A DNA stretch of 64,000 nucleotides, taken from assembly GCA_036172245.1 (NCBI GenBank), contig JAYWIR010000019.1, positions 1,736,001 through 1,800,000 of the forward strand. Direction: 5' to 3'. Every line of letters begins with the position of its first letter. Position 1 is the first letter of the stretch. Under the pieces are notes generated by a model. That model was not told the DNA's origin and made no database searches. It was given only the letters and a program-made list of their open reading frames with translations. Source of the stretch: Raillietiella orientalis. Lineage: Eukaryota. This document shows, piece by piece, positions 21,671 through 34,890 of this stretch. The position numbers and the translations under genes were made by a program.

Positions 21671-24600
21671 TTATGGATGCAGAACATTCGATGGGAATCG
21701 CGTGGATCACCTATGGCCAATGGACGACTCTTGCCGTGCACGTAGGGAAAGAAGGAACCGCTGAATGTATAGAAACGTGCGATTTTAATTCTTCGAGAGA
21801 CCTCCGACGAAAACAGTCGGAAACAAGAGGTTAAAGTCCTCGAGTACCTGGATTTTTTTTAGCAGCACCTCGGCTCATGACACGGCACGGCTCGACAAAT
21901 GATGCGACAAATGCACGCTCAGAGGTGAGAACCACAAATGTTTTCCGATCCTTTCATGATTTTTGCCTCCGGAAAACCGAAGCTTTCCGACCTTTGCAAG
22001 ACGAGAGTTTTTTTTTTTTTTTTTTTTTTCCATCCCGCGACAGCACTGCTGCCTTTTCCGGGGATAAGAGCAACGCTTTGGACACGATGGTCAAAGATCG
22101 CGCATCCCCGAGCTCCACGAACTCTTGCGCTTTCTGTCGTCACAGAGTGTCGGCACAACGCAGCAACACTCTGCACCGAACACTCGGTTCCCAGAAGGCA
22201 CCTCCTCCGAGGAGAACTTCACGGCATCCGACGGTGCGAAGGAGCAGTTCACTTGAGCACCATCCCTCGCATCCACTTCCATAGCAGCGCCTAGCACTAT
22301 CATCCGATGCGAGCCGTGCAGGCTGGCCGACCGAGGCTCAGAGACATCACTCAAGAGAAAGCTCGCAGGCCATCTGCAATTATCGTTAGCACTCTCATCA
22401 AGCAGAAGAGCTCAACTCCAACCGGGCTGCGGTCTTCCCTGCAGTGGGCGCAGAAGAGTTCCCCCCCTCCCCTCTCCAGACTCCAGGCGCTGCCTCGCCT
22501 CGAGATCTGCCTTTGAAAAAGCGCGCACGGAAACAGGAAAGTTCGCTGTTTGCATGCAGATCCCATCCTCGATTTTTCACCTTGCTCGGATGAAGTCCTC
22601 TCGAGGCAGACGAATGACTAAAGCAGCCACACAAGTGGCGGATTGAAAGCGAAGGAGAAAGACACGCCGTCTGTTGCTCTGGTGGGAAATGTGATATCCC
22701 CTTTCCCCTCCCCCTCCCCCCCGCAGCTTTGCACTTTCTGCAGCCGTGTGGCCATTTCTCTCCGAGGAAGCCTGCGATCTGATTCTTTTCTGGGACAATT
22801 TTCGGTCCAGCACTGGACGCACCGGATTCGCAAGACGCATTCCCTCTTTTACAGAATAAACTGCGGAGATGCCGTGGATCCAGATTTTGAATCACTCCCC
22901 CTTCGAAATCACCATCAGCAAAGCCTGCTGTTACTCATTACGGAACTCCATGCTCTCAGATTTGGTCTTGGGAATGTATTGCTCAGCGCAGAGATCTTCA
23001 GCAAGTCGATAGCAATTAATGCTGCATGCGTTACCCGAGTGCTGGAAAGAGGAATCTTCTCCTTTCCATCTGGCAAGCCTTGCAAGACATGGCAGTTCTC
23101 CTTTACAAAAATAAACAGGGTTCAAAAAAGTAGTTGATTAAGCTGTCAAAAAGCCTGTTGTTTATTTCAGATCGCAGGGTGCTCGCCACAGCTGAGAGCT
23201 ACGCTTTCTTAGAAACTCAAAGGGTTACGAATCCTATGAAGCTCTGACGCTTTTTTTTTTTCCTCATCGGAATAAGGCAAACGTGGTTAAAAATTACGAT
23301 TGGTGTGGGAGGGGAGGAGGGAAAGAAGGGACTACCTCATTTGAAAGTACCACTTTTGAACGTGCTGACAAAGTTCATTATACATGGAGTTGGTGAGCAT
23401 TCACAGCTGACTCATATCCACGTACACGAATGGCACACGGAGTGTCTTCCACATCCCTGCTCGAAAGGCAGCGTGCGGCGGAGAGAATGATAGCACAAAG
23501 GAATGCGTTATCACTTTCGAGAGCACCAATCGAAAACTTGAGCAGCTCGGATTCTTTTTCTGTTGCTGTCTTCCTGATTGTATCGATTTGCTCCCGTCCC
23601 AAGTTCATTAATTAATTTAAGCGAGATAAGCAAAAGAGGAGAGTGCAGACCCACTTTCGGCGCATCAAGCCGTGATTTAGAGCACCCCTCCTGTTAAATA
23701 CCCGAAATGTCAAAGAGGGCTCCTGCACATTTGCACCGAGGAAGATCGAATCGCTTTTACGGCGTGGAGCAGTACTCTTTACGCAACGAGACGGAGGAGA
23801 TCACGGAAGTTTCGACGCTGCCGACTTGTCGGTGAACGCAAAAAGACCTTCGGATCCGTCGATTCGCATTGGACGAATGCGTACGAATTTGAAACGGAGA
23901 ACACCCAACTTCCGCTCGATAGCATCGGGCGTGAAGCTGCCCTACGAATTCCGCTTCCGCCGAATGCCGCCTGCACGGACACACGGATGCCCGGCGTCCG
24001 GCGGTGCTCCCACGCAACCCGAATCGAAGTCCGTGGTGCGAAGAAGGCCCCCAAGAAGCTTCCACGCGCTTCTTCTGGTCGACCTCCGCGAGCCCTCCTG
24101 CGTCTGCGACCCTTTGGTTTGTCAGCTACCACAGGCAATAAACGTGAAGGAAAGCCGTGGGGTGAATATCGCAAAGTCTAGACAGGGTTCGAGCTGCGGG
24201 TAAAGCGAACATCGCCGTTTCCAAATTTCATCTCGCTCCCCCCACTGCTGGAAACACTGTTCGATCAGTACCCCCTCTGCTCGACGGATACATTCGGCGA
24301 CGTCTTTGACGCGGGGCGCAGTCGTATATGTGCCCTGCCGCACGAACGACTGCTCCTGCACTCCGGTGTGCCATTAAAATTCAGGGTGCACTTCCACCCT
24401 GCGAAACATCGACCTGGACCATTGGAAGCACGCTGAACCCATCTGTCCCTTGGAATACAAAATACAGCACTCTCCCGAGCAAAGCATTAAGAAGAAGACA
24501 AAAACCTCCCAAGGGTGGCAATGCGAAAGCATCCCTGTTGAAGAGGCAAAACACAAAACCCACCCTCCAGCCGAGGAATCCGCCGTCAAAGACGACAACA

Positions 24601-27526
24601 CTCCCCACGATGGCGTGTGCAGCAAGTGGGTTGCAGCGAAAGACTTCCGAGACCCCTGCGAAAAAATCTTCCCATCCCACCGCCGCTTTTTTGCCGCCGC
24701 CCGTGACGCACCCGATAAACCACAGAACAAAAAACCTCCTCCCTCTATCATCGCAGTTCCACGCGGGAATCACGGATTCGTCCATAAAACCTGAGGGTCA
24801 CTAAACAAACGGAGGCTCATCCATTTCTCCGGCCCTACTTTTCATGCAGCTGGAATCACCCAGAAAAGAATTTCCTTCCCCTATATACAACACGGTCGCT
24901 CGCAAGGTTACTGACAGACATGCCACTTGAAGGGTTAACCGGAAGAGCTGAAGACAAAAAAAGAGGAGGAAAGAGAAGTTCGTTTCAAAGTCCAACTTTA
25001 TGACGAACGCTGTTGCGAGCAACGCTGGAAGCTGCCTTCCGAGGCAGCAGCAGACCCCACTGCCATGAATAAGAGTCGCAGGCGTTGTTCGGTGGGGTGG
25101 AGGAAGGACCTGCCGCCCTGGAGGGGGAGCGAGCAGATGACTTTCAAAGGGGGCGACGCAGGAAGAGCGGGCACGGGCGCAACGGGAATGGACCCCGATC
25201 TGCGGGCACCGAGCAAGAAAAGTGGGGGGGGGGGGGGAGGCGAAGCAGCGCCGGTTCGGAAGTCCAAAGTTAGTTACGGGTTATAGAACTTTCTAGAGAG
25301 AGCATGCAGAACATGCCTTTTCACGTGTGTCACATGCTTTTCCGGATAGTTTTCGAATTAAAACTTAAAAAGCATCGGTTTCAAGGCACCCTTTCGTACA
25401 ACGATACAGTGCTCTTCCCCCCTCCCCCCTCTAATTTCGAGTTGTTGCCCCGAGGCCCCGAATATCCAAACGCCGCATTTTACTTCAAAGTGCAGTGCAG
25501 TTCCCAAAAGAGACACAGAAAGATGGGGGGATTCACCAATGATACTGGAAAACGAGTGACGAGGCTAAACACGCAAGCACCGAAGTCATAAACGTGTTTT
25601 CTTTTTTTTTTTTTTTTTTCCCCCCCTTAAGGGTGGTGTTAACGCATCTGCAAGTTACCAATTATGAGACTGTCGTGGGTTTCATCCTGAAAGCTGCATG
25701 GTCGCAATTATGTATTGAGGAATGCTTTACCAAACAACCTTTAAACAACTGAAAATGCGTGACTTCCATTGAAGGAAACACACACACACAAAAAAAAAAA
25801 AAAAAAAGAAAATACCACAGACACAAATGGAAGTGAGGTGATTCAACGTGGTTTCACTAGACAGCACTTCTTCGTGCACTGAATACTCGGAGGCGCAAAG
25901 CTCAAGAGGGAAGACTTCCATTCAGCTAAAGAGTGTCCCACATGCACGGACGGGGATTTCATTTTATTTTCACTCGTTTCAGATCTCCCTGCTACCGATC
26001 GCGACTGGGTGCGGGGGTTGCAGCTTCCGGACCTGAGGGCAAACGGACCAACGCTTCCACCCGATTTTCGCAGGAGCGAACCGAATTCTCTCATCCCTCG
26101 CTTTGTTTCTTGCAATGTTTTTTTTTCCTTCCCGCCGCTGCCGCCTTCGCTTCCTACCCTTTCCCCCTCCCCCGCACACGCAAATCCAAGCCTATCTGGA
26201 AATCACGTGTCGCGCGAGGGAGGTGGCGGGCCTGAGGGCTTTCGAACTCCCGTACAGAAGAACCACCACCACCACGCGGTACCTTCCGCCGCACAGTATG
26301 CTCACTTCCCGTGAAACGACACAAATCAAGTGCTGGTTTGGGGCAGCAGGCAGAACGGTAGGGAAAGAGAAAGCAGAACGCTGCTTGGCGCCCGCGAGAT
26401 GAAAGACGGCAGCATTTCATGAATGGAAACAAAGCAGCAGACAAAGGCGAAGATTCGGAACGTTCGCCAGATAGCGCCTTCGCGAGATGGAACAACCTCG
26501 GGCCAGCGAGGGAAAAACGGAAAACAGGCATTTCGTCCGCTTGCCAGCATCACCGTCATCACTCTCTCTGCAACCCGGCCCCACGAGTCTCCCGGGGGCC
26601 CTCCGTCGGGACAAATCCAAACCCGGGAGAAGTGTACGGCGGATCGTTTTCCCCGGGAACAGGGTGGACGAAAACACGGCAACCGTGCGCCCAGAACGCA
26701 AGCCCAACCACACACCCCAAGCCCGTGGGAAATTCGCCTGCAGAAGCCACGGGAATGTGCCACCTCGCTGGCGGTCCACGCCGAGGCCAACGGACACGCG
26801 TCGCACGCGCTCTGCGCAGGGCGACAGCCTGAAGTCTTCGTGCAGGCTGCTCGGGTAGCCAACGAGCCGAAGAACAACCACAACACCTCATCGGGTGCCC
26901 TGGGTGCATTCTGCCCCAACTGACCAAAGCAAACAGCGACCATTTCCTTCGCCGCTCCATTACCAAGTAAAATAAAGCAGTGGGCATTTCGAGCGGTGAT
27001 CGAGGCAAAGCGCTCACGTGGTTGATGCACGCGAACGGCATCCTCCGCACACAAGAAGCGAAGGGCAATCGGAAGACGCGGGGAAATTATTCCAGAAGAT
27101 TACAGCGAATAAACGGCACCCGAGGATTTGCTATGCGGGGCCTGAAATAAATGACACGGGCACACACTGGAAGCGACAGCTGCCGCCTTTTACTGTTAAT
27201 GATAAGGAGGCTGGGAACAAGGAATTTCCAGCATCTGCTTAGCCCAAGCAGGTGTCACCCGAGTTCTCTTGTCTGGAAGAGAGAGAGGCCCTGCGACAAC
27301 TCATCTGAAGCGTGTCCTCCTCAACCCACCTCCATTGCCTCAAGCACAGCCAAATCACTTACCAAACAACTCCGAATGCACCATACCCTATAGGGCGATC
27401 AGAAGTAATACCTTCGCTTCTATTGGTCAAGTGGTACAAGGGGTGAGTTAAGATGGCACTTTCCCTGGTCCTTCGGAAGCTGATTGCTGCATGCTTTGTG
27501 TGTCTCGACGGCCCCAGAACTGCCAT
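14571..27526 (-). CDS. NLK: Nemo-like kinase (NLK/nemo/LIT-1). Exons: 27526-27363, 19984-19855, 19802-19747, 18745-18639, 18588-18503, 18453-18244, 15238-15050, 15008-14807, 14765-14669, 14625-14571. Start codon uncertain.
   Basis: Spliced translation: [34 protein letters not shown]..., [46 protein letters not shown] (NLK-specific TQE activation loop), [29 protein letters not shown]-terminus [18 protein letters not shown]. All exon phases are consistent. Confidence 0.96.
18454..18502 (-). other. GC-AG intron in NLK, 49 nt
   Basis: AAG|GCAAGT donor is the junction that gives the conserved VLK|ICDFG. The nearest GT, 4 nt downstream, would frameshift. Confidence 0.85.
18746..19746 (-). other. 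U12-type (minor spliceosome) GT-AG intron in NLK, 1001 nt
   Basis: Donor GTATCCTTTT (19746-19737). Branch-like CTACCTTAAT lies ~10 nt from the AG, with no polypyrimidine tract between them. The splice restores FFQEV|YVITELM. Confidence 0.85.
21619..21667. repeat. Compound microsatellite (AC)n(AG)n in NLK intron 1
   Basis: Directly visible. Confidence 0.9.
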
Positions 27527-27939
27527 TATACATAATACGTCACAACACAAATAAAGGGCACAGCATCTGCAGATGCACGTCGGCAAATTTCGTTACACAC
27601 ATATATAATCTATCGGAGCTCTCGCAAACGGAGGATTCGAACCATTCGAGATCGGTGGGAGCACACTAAGGGTACACACGACACTCCATGTTTCGCACGA
27701 TGGAAGTGTATCCAGTATTCCTGATGGGAAGAGGGAATCCCTTCAATCCGTGTCTGTCCCTTGGGGAACTCTCTCTCGCGAAACTGACGCACTCAGCAAA
27801 CACTTCTTCCAGTCCTCCGGATCAGAGGGGTGTACGCCACCATCTCCAGCGTGCCATCAGCTGGAACACGGCAACTGCACGCTCACCGCCAGCATCTCTC
27901 ATTTTACTGTCAGCTGTTGTTCGTCAAGAACTACAATCG

Positions 27940-28000
27940 ACCTATCACGTGACAGAGCGCGGCAGCCAATAGGAAGATGTTTTCCGAAACGTCACGTTCG
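27940..28000. promoter_or_regulatory. Candidate NLK promoter motifs (CACGTG E-box, CCAAT)
   Basis: TCACGTGA, AGCCAATAG and GTCACG are clustered ~420 bp upstream of the candidate start codon. Motifs are short, so support is weak. Confidence 0.25.
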
Positions 28001-31000
28001 CTCATTAGTTCAGGATTCAACCAGCAATCTAGGCTTGGAATATTTGTTGTCAGATAGTGATCATGGAGCTTATGTACCGTCCATATAAAGTTATTCGCCT
28101 TTGAAAAAAAAAAAAAAGATAAAATGGAAAATAGGCATCAGAACTGCCTCTGTAGGTTGCTGCGTAGGAAAGCTTCGTGGAGTGTAATGGTGCCTTTAGG
28201 ATCAAGCAGAAATTGCAGCAAATGAATTTTTATCGTTTCATACTATCACTAAAATCCAATGGCTGCTCTCCACCTCCCCCATGAATCTCTTTTAAAATCA
28301 AATCATGATGAAATTTTCTCATGCATGCGTAAATCCCAAGTTTTGTTCATTGTTTCTGTGTACCTTTAGTGATGTGAAGGAATTTCAGACAGTTTGTTTT
28401 GCCTTCACAAATAAGTTGGTAGTTGGTATCCAAAGCAATGTTTCCTATGTAATCATTCACATGTCTGAAGCCATATTTGCACCATATTATCTGCATAAAA
28501 GTTGCCTTTGTGGATTTGTGTAAGCTGTCTTCATGTGAAAAATTCTTGCAAGCTGCAATCCCTGCAATAATTACTTCCATTCCTTATCAGTTTGGTTAAC
28601 TGGTTGCCAAGTTCTTAACTTGCAGATGCCCTGCAGCCAGTAATGCATGAATGTCTAAATTATAAAGCACAGAACAAAGGAAAAAAAATTCTTGGTTTCC
28701 CTTGCTTGACCATTTTGAAACTCTGGTCGAAATTTTCACCTCGTGGATTGTGATTGGGAAACATGGGAATTTGTTTTTTTTTTTTTTTTCCAAATTTTAC
28801 AGTCAGAAATTTGGGGCATTCGAATCCCCATGAAAATTGTATCATTTCTGAGTGAGGTCCCAAAACTGAATCCATCAGAAAGTCAGCAGCACCATGCAAT
28901 CATAGGCTAGGTTTTTTCAGGGTGCAAAATCAAACCTGATTTTATTCTCGATGGGAATATGGAAGACACTGTGCAATTATACAAACTTATTGTCCAACAG
29001 GAGTAGCCCACAGCCTTTCTGTCGAATTTTGCCCCATGATTCAAGTTAAGCCATCGTGTCCATCAGGTTCTGTACACATCCCTACAACCCGATCCGGCCC
29101 AACTTTTCCTTCCTGACGCACCGAAGGTTACAAAATAGATTCTTCATCTCAGAATGTGATGACAAAAGAAAAAACAAAAAAACAATGCTTTCGAGTTCGA
29201 ATACCGCAACCGAATGATTAAAAACCCCGATTTAATGATGTTTATCGTACTTGAGCCCTTGTTGGATTTGAGTTTCCGTTGTTTGGGCAAAACATTTCAC
29301 AAGAGGAAAACCAGCCACAGGGCATCCGGTCACACGCGTACCGTCCGAGTTTCCAGGTTGCAAGACCCGGGCGTGAACTCGATTTTGGGGTAGTGCGTGG
29401 ACTTGTGGGGATCATCTCGGGTGTGAGATCGGTGATATCGGTGGAAAGGCCAAACGCATCGGGCCTTGGGCGGATGCATTTCGATTGCGATGTGTCGGCC
29501 CGTAGGGCCCCAACACCCGTGGTGCACACCGTGCTGGGCATCACGGGGACCCCTCTCCTTCCCACTTGCGCGATTCACCGGAAAACCTGGCGAGTACTTT
29601 TGATGAAACACCTGGGAGTGGCTGGCCATCCGAGGGGCTTTTGTAATTCCCGAGTGTTGGGAAAGGCAACACGGAAAGGGCAGTCGAATGCCATGGGCAC
29701 GGTCAGGCCGAGGAAAGTTCTCCTGTGCCAATCCGCACAGGAATTATTGCTGCAATTCGCGACGCCTTAGGAAACTTCGACCAAACTGCATTCAGCAGCT
29801 CGAGAACGAATGTTTCAAAATTTCCACTGTCCTTGTGGAAACCCCCCCTGGTCACGTTAAGCTCCACCGATGCTGCAGTCGTTTTGAAATCCCTCGGTTT
29901 ATTTCCGTCTTTGAAGCGTTGCAGAGGAAAACTGTGATGCATTTCCAGCCAACTCCACAGTCCGAAGTAGAATGCGTTGCTTCCTTTTTCCAGCAAGTTG
30001 ATTTTTCGTCCTCTACCCGAATCACTTTTGTCTTTTTCTGGTTTTGGAGTAAATCCCTGCCTTCGGTTGCGGCTTATTGGTTCACAGGAAGGAAAACGGA
30101 TTTCAGTTGGCACTTTCTGATTTCAAGCATTTCTCCAAGACGTGGCGCTTCTTAGCTTTTCCTTTGCCACTTTGCCTAAAGGACTGTGGGGCTTCCTTTG
30201 ACCCGCTGTAGAAGAACACACAGATCACAAGTACTGTGCATGGTACCTAGGGTTTCCGTGGTCAACCATGATTTATATTCCTGAGGGTCTGTGGAGCCTG
30301 AGGAGCATCCATGATTTTTCCATGTGGGAGAAGGCAGGCAGATAGGTACACGAGCCACGGGGCGTGCTTTTGAGGAACTGACCGACTGAAGTGCGGCGCG
30401 TGCATGTGGATGGCAATCCAGAGTGTTTTTTGCCAGAGGCATTGCTTGTAATCTGCGCTTCCCTCACATGATCTTGTTCAGTACCCAAGTGTCTAAGGTT
30501 AGTTACTTCGATAGCTACTTTGTTAGAAAAGATCTTGGAATCCATATCCATGGCGCTCATAACGCGACAGAATCTGATGATTTACCCGCTTTTTCAGCTT
30601 TGCTGATGACAACCGAGACGAACCGATGGGCTTCCAGGGGGAGTCTGCAATATGTGTTGACACATGCGTGGCAAAATGCACGCTTCCATCCCATTTGATT
30701 TGATTTTGAGATTTCCATCCAGTCCAGTCCATTTTTAGATTGGCTTAATCTTTTTTCTTTATTTCTTTCACACATGGATTTCTACATTGTGTGGTGCATT
30801 CACTTCGTTGTGCGAGGAATCTTTTGTTCTTGTCGGCGGCGTTCTCCCACAATGCGACGAAGCTTCCATCATTTCGGCTGTTCGAGAAAAATGTGCGTCA
30901 CCGTGGTTGAAAAGAGGTTTGATTTTTGAAGCTTCAGGGAGAGACTTTCAAACTCTGCTGACCAATTATGTCTTCGACACCATTCTGGGCCCAGAGGAAA

Positions 31001-31059
31001 TCCAGGCCAAGCTTCTGCTGGGAACAGCTTTATAGCTCCTGTTGGTACCTATGGTGCCG

Positions 31060-32913
31060 GCGCCAGGTCTTTAGTGAGATGACTGTTAATGTACATGCAC
31101 CATCAACTTAAACCCACAAATCCATTAAATCTGCTGAGGAGGACGTCCGAGTGGTATTATGGATGCCCATTAGGTGCACAACAGAAAATAGCATTTTTCT
31201 TATTTTTCGAATCTCACACCTGAACGTGATGAGCGAGTAACCAGTCCGAAATCCTTCAGAACCTGTAGAGAATGAAGCAGCCCCTTGGTCTGCATTTCGA
31301 CGAATCTCCAAAGGCCTGTGGCTAACACTTTCGGGGTCACGCTCGCACAACCAAGCATCAAGTGATGACAGAAAGGACAAGCTGGGAAAAGGACAGCAGC
31401 TTGAATATGAACCGATTCGAGGCAAGGAGCCTAAATAGCTTTACACAGACCCACCAGTCCACTCGATTCCGATGTTCCAACTTTGCGATAGTTCTCCTTC
31501 GGATGGTGGTCATGCCCAGTTGATTACAAAGCATCGAGATCACCAAAAAAACACTGTACCTGACAGTGTGACACGCGATGTACAAAGTTCCAAGTGTACT
31601 CCCTATAGCGAGCTGTAGATTTCAATGTACATGCAGTGCTCTCGAAAAAGTAAACGCACGAAACTGCCGGTTCGTCCACTAAGACTTTGTCTGTCAGGTA
31701 CCACATAAAAGTGCGTGGTGGCCACTGGATAGAAAAGCAAACAGCATGCAGGAGGAACGATGATATAGAGGAATCCAACTTTGTCATACTGTCAGTTAGT
31801 TAGGTATGCCTGGACTATTCTAACCGGAACAGGTAAAAGACAGTTGTAGGCATCTCCCAAGTTGCAGAAGGGGAAATGCGGTATTTTTGTTCCATCTGAA
31901 AAGATTTTAAACGGAACTGCTGGGTGGTCCACTTTTTAGGATCACAAGAAGCTCAGAAAACTTTGGCAAATTTCTCCAAGGAGGAAAGAAAGGAAAAAAA
32001 AAAAGAAGAGGAAATGCAGTTCATGGTCAGGAAAAGTGGTAACTTGAGAGAGCACAATTAGGAAGCATCTACGATCCAATGCTGAACCGAGTTCCTTCCA
32101 AACATGTGGCCAAAAGGAAAAGCGACAGCAGCACAGATGCAAGGGAAAAGGCGCTGCAACATGAACTGCAGATGAAAGCACACATGATGAAAAGCAGTTC
32201 ATTTGAGAATGTGACTTACGAGAAAGGAATCTGTTGGTTTTTGTGCCAAGCGGACCCTCGCAGATAAAGGTGGTCTGAAATCGGGAACATTGGCTGGATT
32301 TTCCTAGTGAAGGGAACGCTGAGATCACGACAGATCGCGGGGCAACAGCTGGGAATCTTGGTCGCTTAGCAATTGAAAGCAGAGCTCGGCTCGTTGCCTT
32401 TCTTAGAGGACGCGCGTGGAACAAGCAGCAAATGGATGATCTGGACCTCAGGAAGCGTTCCGAGTATGCGGCGGCACTGATCATTCTGAACGCTGTGAAT
32501 TCTGAATGCCTGCAAGTAAAGTTGGAACATCAAGCGATTTAAGCGCCTTGCCTCGAATCGGTTCATATTCAAGCTGCTGTCCTTTTCCCAGCTTGTCCTT
32601 TCTGTCATCACTTGATGCTTGGTTGTGCGAGCGTGACCCCGAAAGTGTTAGCCACAGGCCTTTGGAGATTCGTCGAAATGCAGACCAAGGGGCTGCTTCA
32701 TTCTCTACAGGTTCTGAAGGATTTCGGACTGGTTACTCGCTCATCACGTTCAGGTGTGAGATTCGAAAAATAAGAAAAATGCTATTTTCTGTTGTGCACC
32801 TAATGGGCATCCATAATACCACTCGGACGTCCTCCTCAGCAGATTTAATGGATTTGTGGGTTTAAGTTGATGGTGCATCTACATTAACAGTCATCTCACT
32901 AAAGATCTGGCGC
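31060..32913. repeat. Long inverted repeat: arms ~31060-31440 and ~32533-32913, spacer ~1.1 kb
   Basis: The arms are reverse complements with only a few mismatches. The ORF track shows the identical peptide at 31108-31425 (-) and within 32506-32865 (+). Confidence 0.95.
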
Positions 32914-33461
32914 AGATCACCCTGCGTGTAGCTTTTCTGTCGTGTACGGTAGCGAAAACAAATCCGTACGTCTCAGAATTCAGCTCATCGATTCAGATAC
33001 ATACTACGTATGACACGATTGCATACATAATGTAACTTACTATCCGGCGTCCGCAAAGGCTTTCATTTGAATTTGTTCAAATTCAGAAGACTAGGGTCCA
33101 ATCTAAATAGGGCCGTGCTGATCTAACTGCTTATCTAATAATCTAAATAGGACTGCGGGATCTGCTTATCATGGCAGGTGGTTTTCCTACATGCGTCGTG
33201 GATGAAGAGACGTCAATACGCTTTGGGAGGGGATTTGGAAATCCCGTTGTACGTCCATTACCGGAGATGCAACTACGCAATGTGTCGCATACAACTAGCG
33301 AGTTGTTCCAGCGTATCAGAAAATACTGGGAAGGGGAAAAAGCAAACAAAATTATTTATTTATTTATTTTTATTTGTGGAAACCGCCAGCTCATTCATTC
33401 GATACACATACGTGGACTAAGTATGTCGTTCATTACGCGGGTGACTAATTGTACTTTTCGC

Positions 33462-33510
33462 TTTTGAGATTGATCCACGTGTGCTGTGCAGATGTGGATC
33501 AATCTCAAAA
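33462..33510. repeat. 49-nt hairpin/palindrome
   Basis: TTTTGAGATTGATCCAC ... GTGGATCAATCTCAAAA: a 17-bp perfect stem, extendable to ~23 bp with a wobble and a mismatch. Confidence 0.85.
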
Positions 33511-34857
33511 TGACTGCTAATCACTTTTCTGGGCCCTTGTACTCAAGGATCAGAATGCTCGTTCCAAGAGCCAGATGATTATGAAGAAGAGTTTGTTCTA
33601 CAGTAACCAAGTTAGGTTGCTCTTCCACTTTGAGTGAGTGGTCACTAGAACAACCAAATAACGCGGGGATTTGTTTTGTGTCTAAAGATGAGTATCTCCA
33701 GCACGGAACGGTTCATCATTCTTGAAAGAAAAAAAACATGTTATCGGGGTACGCGATCTACCGATTTTCTTGTCGAGATAACGCACCACGTGTGTGATCT
33801 TCATTGCATCCTACGCACCCCACTACCCATGTACCTACTCTCCGACACGTAACCGCACACACAGACCCGTGAAATGTTTTACGCAAAGAACAGGAGTTTC
33901 GAATGCCTTGCGTCGCAGCTCCGCGGGGTGGAGGTGTCCCTCCATTCTGTTTTCCTGTTCTGAAAAGAACCGAATTCAACGAGGAAGTAGCTGACCACTC
34001 TGCGCTTGTGCACCTGTCTGAAGACGCACCGGCACCGACAGAGGCTCTTCCACCTGATTCCGTCCACGCGAAGCTTTGGACGGTTCCTGGAAACTTTGAT
34101 GAAAGTCGGTTCGGGAGGAGGCGGGAATGAGGCAGTGCCTCGTGACTACCACGGAGCTGGAGTAGCCCGCAGCTTGGAGCAGAAGGCCCGGGCATCGCGG
34201 ACGCTCCGAGGAAATTCGACGGCCGCCGTCGACGGTTGCTTTGCCATCGACGGTTCCACTGTCACGTCGCATCGAGGGCGTGTCCACCGATGGTTCTGTA
34301 GCCACGAAGCGCTCTGCTTCCTCCACGCTGAGGCCTTCACCACGCCACGCGGAACGGAGTGCACCCAAGCAGCTTCCGATTCCTCAGGTGGAATTCCTCA
34401 GGGTGGAGGAGGTTCACCGGTCTGTGCCAGGCGAGGCGAGGCGGAGATGCTTCGCGCACGCCTCCTAAATGATTTGTGGTCGTTGGCGCCCGGCGCAAGC
34501 AGCTTTCGCGTCTGACCGAGAACGCTTTGGGAACGAATTCACCAGCCGCGGAATCTCCCCGAGCTCCCACGACCGCTCAGGGGGCGAGACTTTGCAGCGT
34601 AGCAAACTCATTTTTTGGTGACCTGTTCCAACTTGGATCGAATTCTTCTCCTTCGGCACTTCCTTTGCAGACTGCAGTGGTAAAAATGCAGGTGGCGGTA
34701 CCGGAAAGGGTTCCTCCCCGTGTGATCATAAAGATGACCTTTGCTCACAACATTTAAATGGCTGCACAGAACAGTGACGATTTGATGATTCTAAAGGGAA
34801 TTTTTTGATTCTTTTCCGTGCCTGATGCCATCTTCACATGGTCGTGGAGGGATCGCG

Positions 34858-34890
34858 CAGCAGCAGCAGCAGCAGCAACAACAACAACAG
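34858..34890. repeat. (CAG)n(CAA)n trinucleotide repeat
   Basis: Directly visible, 11 Gln-type triplets. No gene could be built around it. Confidence 0.8.

Noticed and set aside
31108..32865. Duplicated 105-119-aa ORF as a real gene pair
   Set aside because: The identity simply reflects the inverted repeat, and the peptide has no recognisable features.
33100..33170. Short direct repeats AATCTAAATAGG and CTGCTTATC
   Set aside because: A small degenerate tandem duplication with no further structure.
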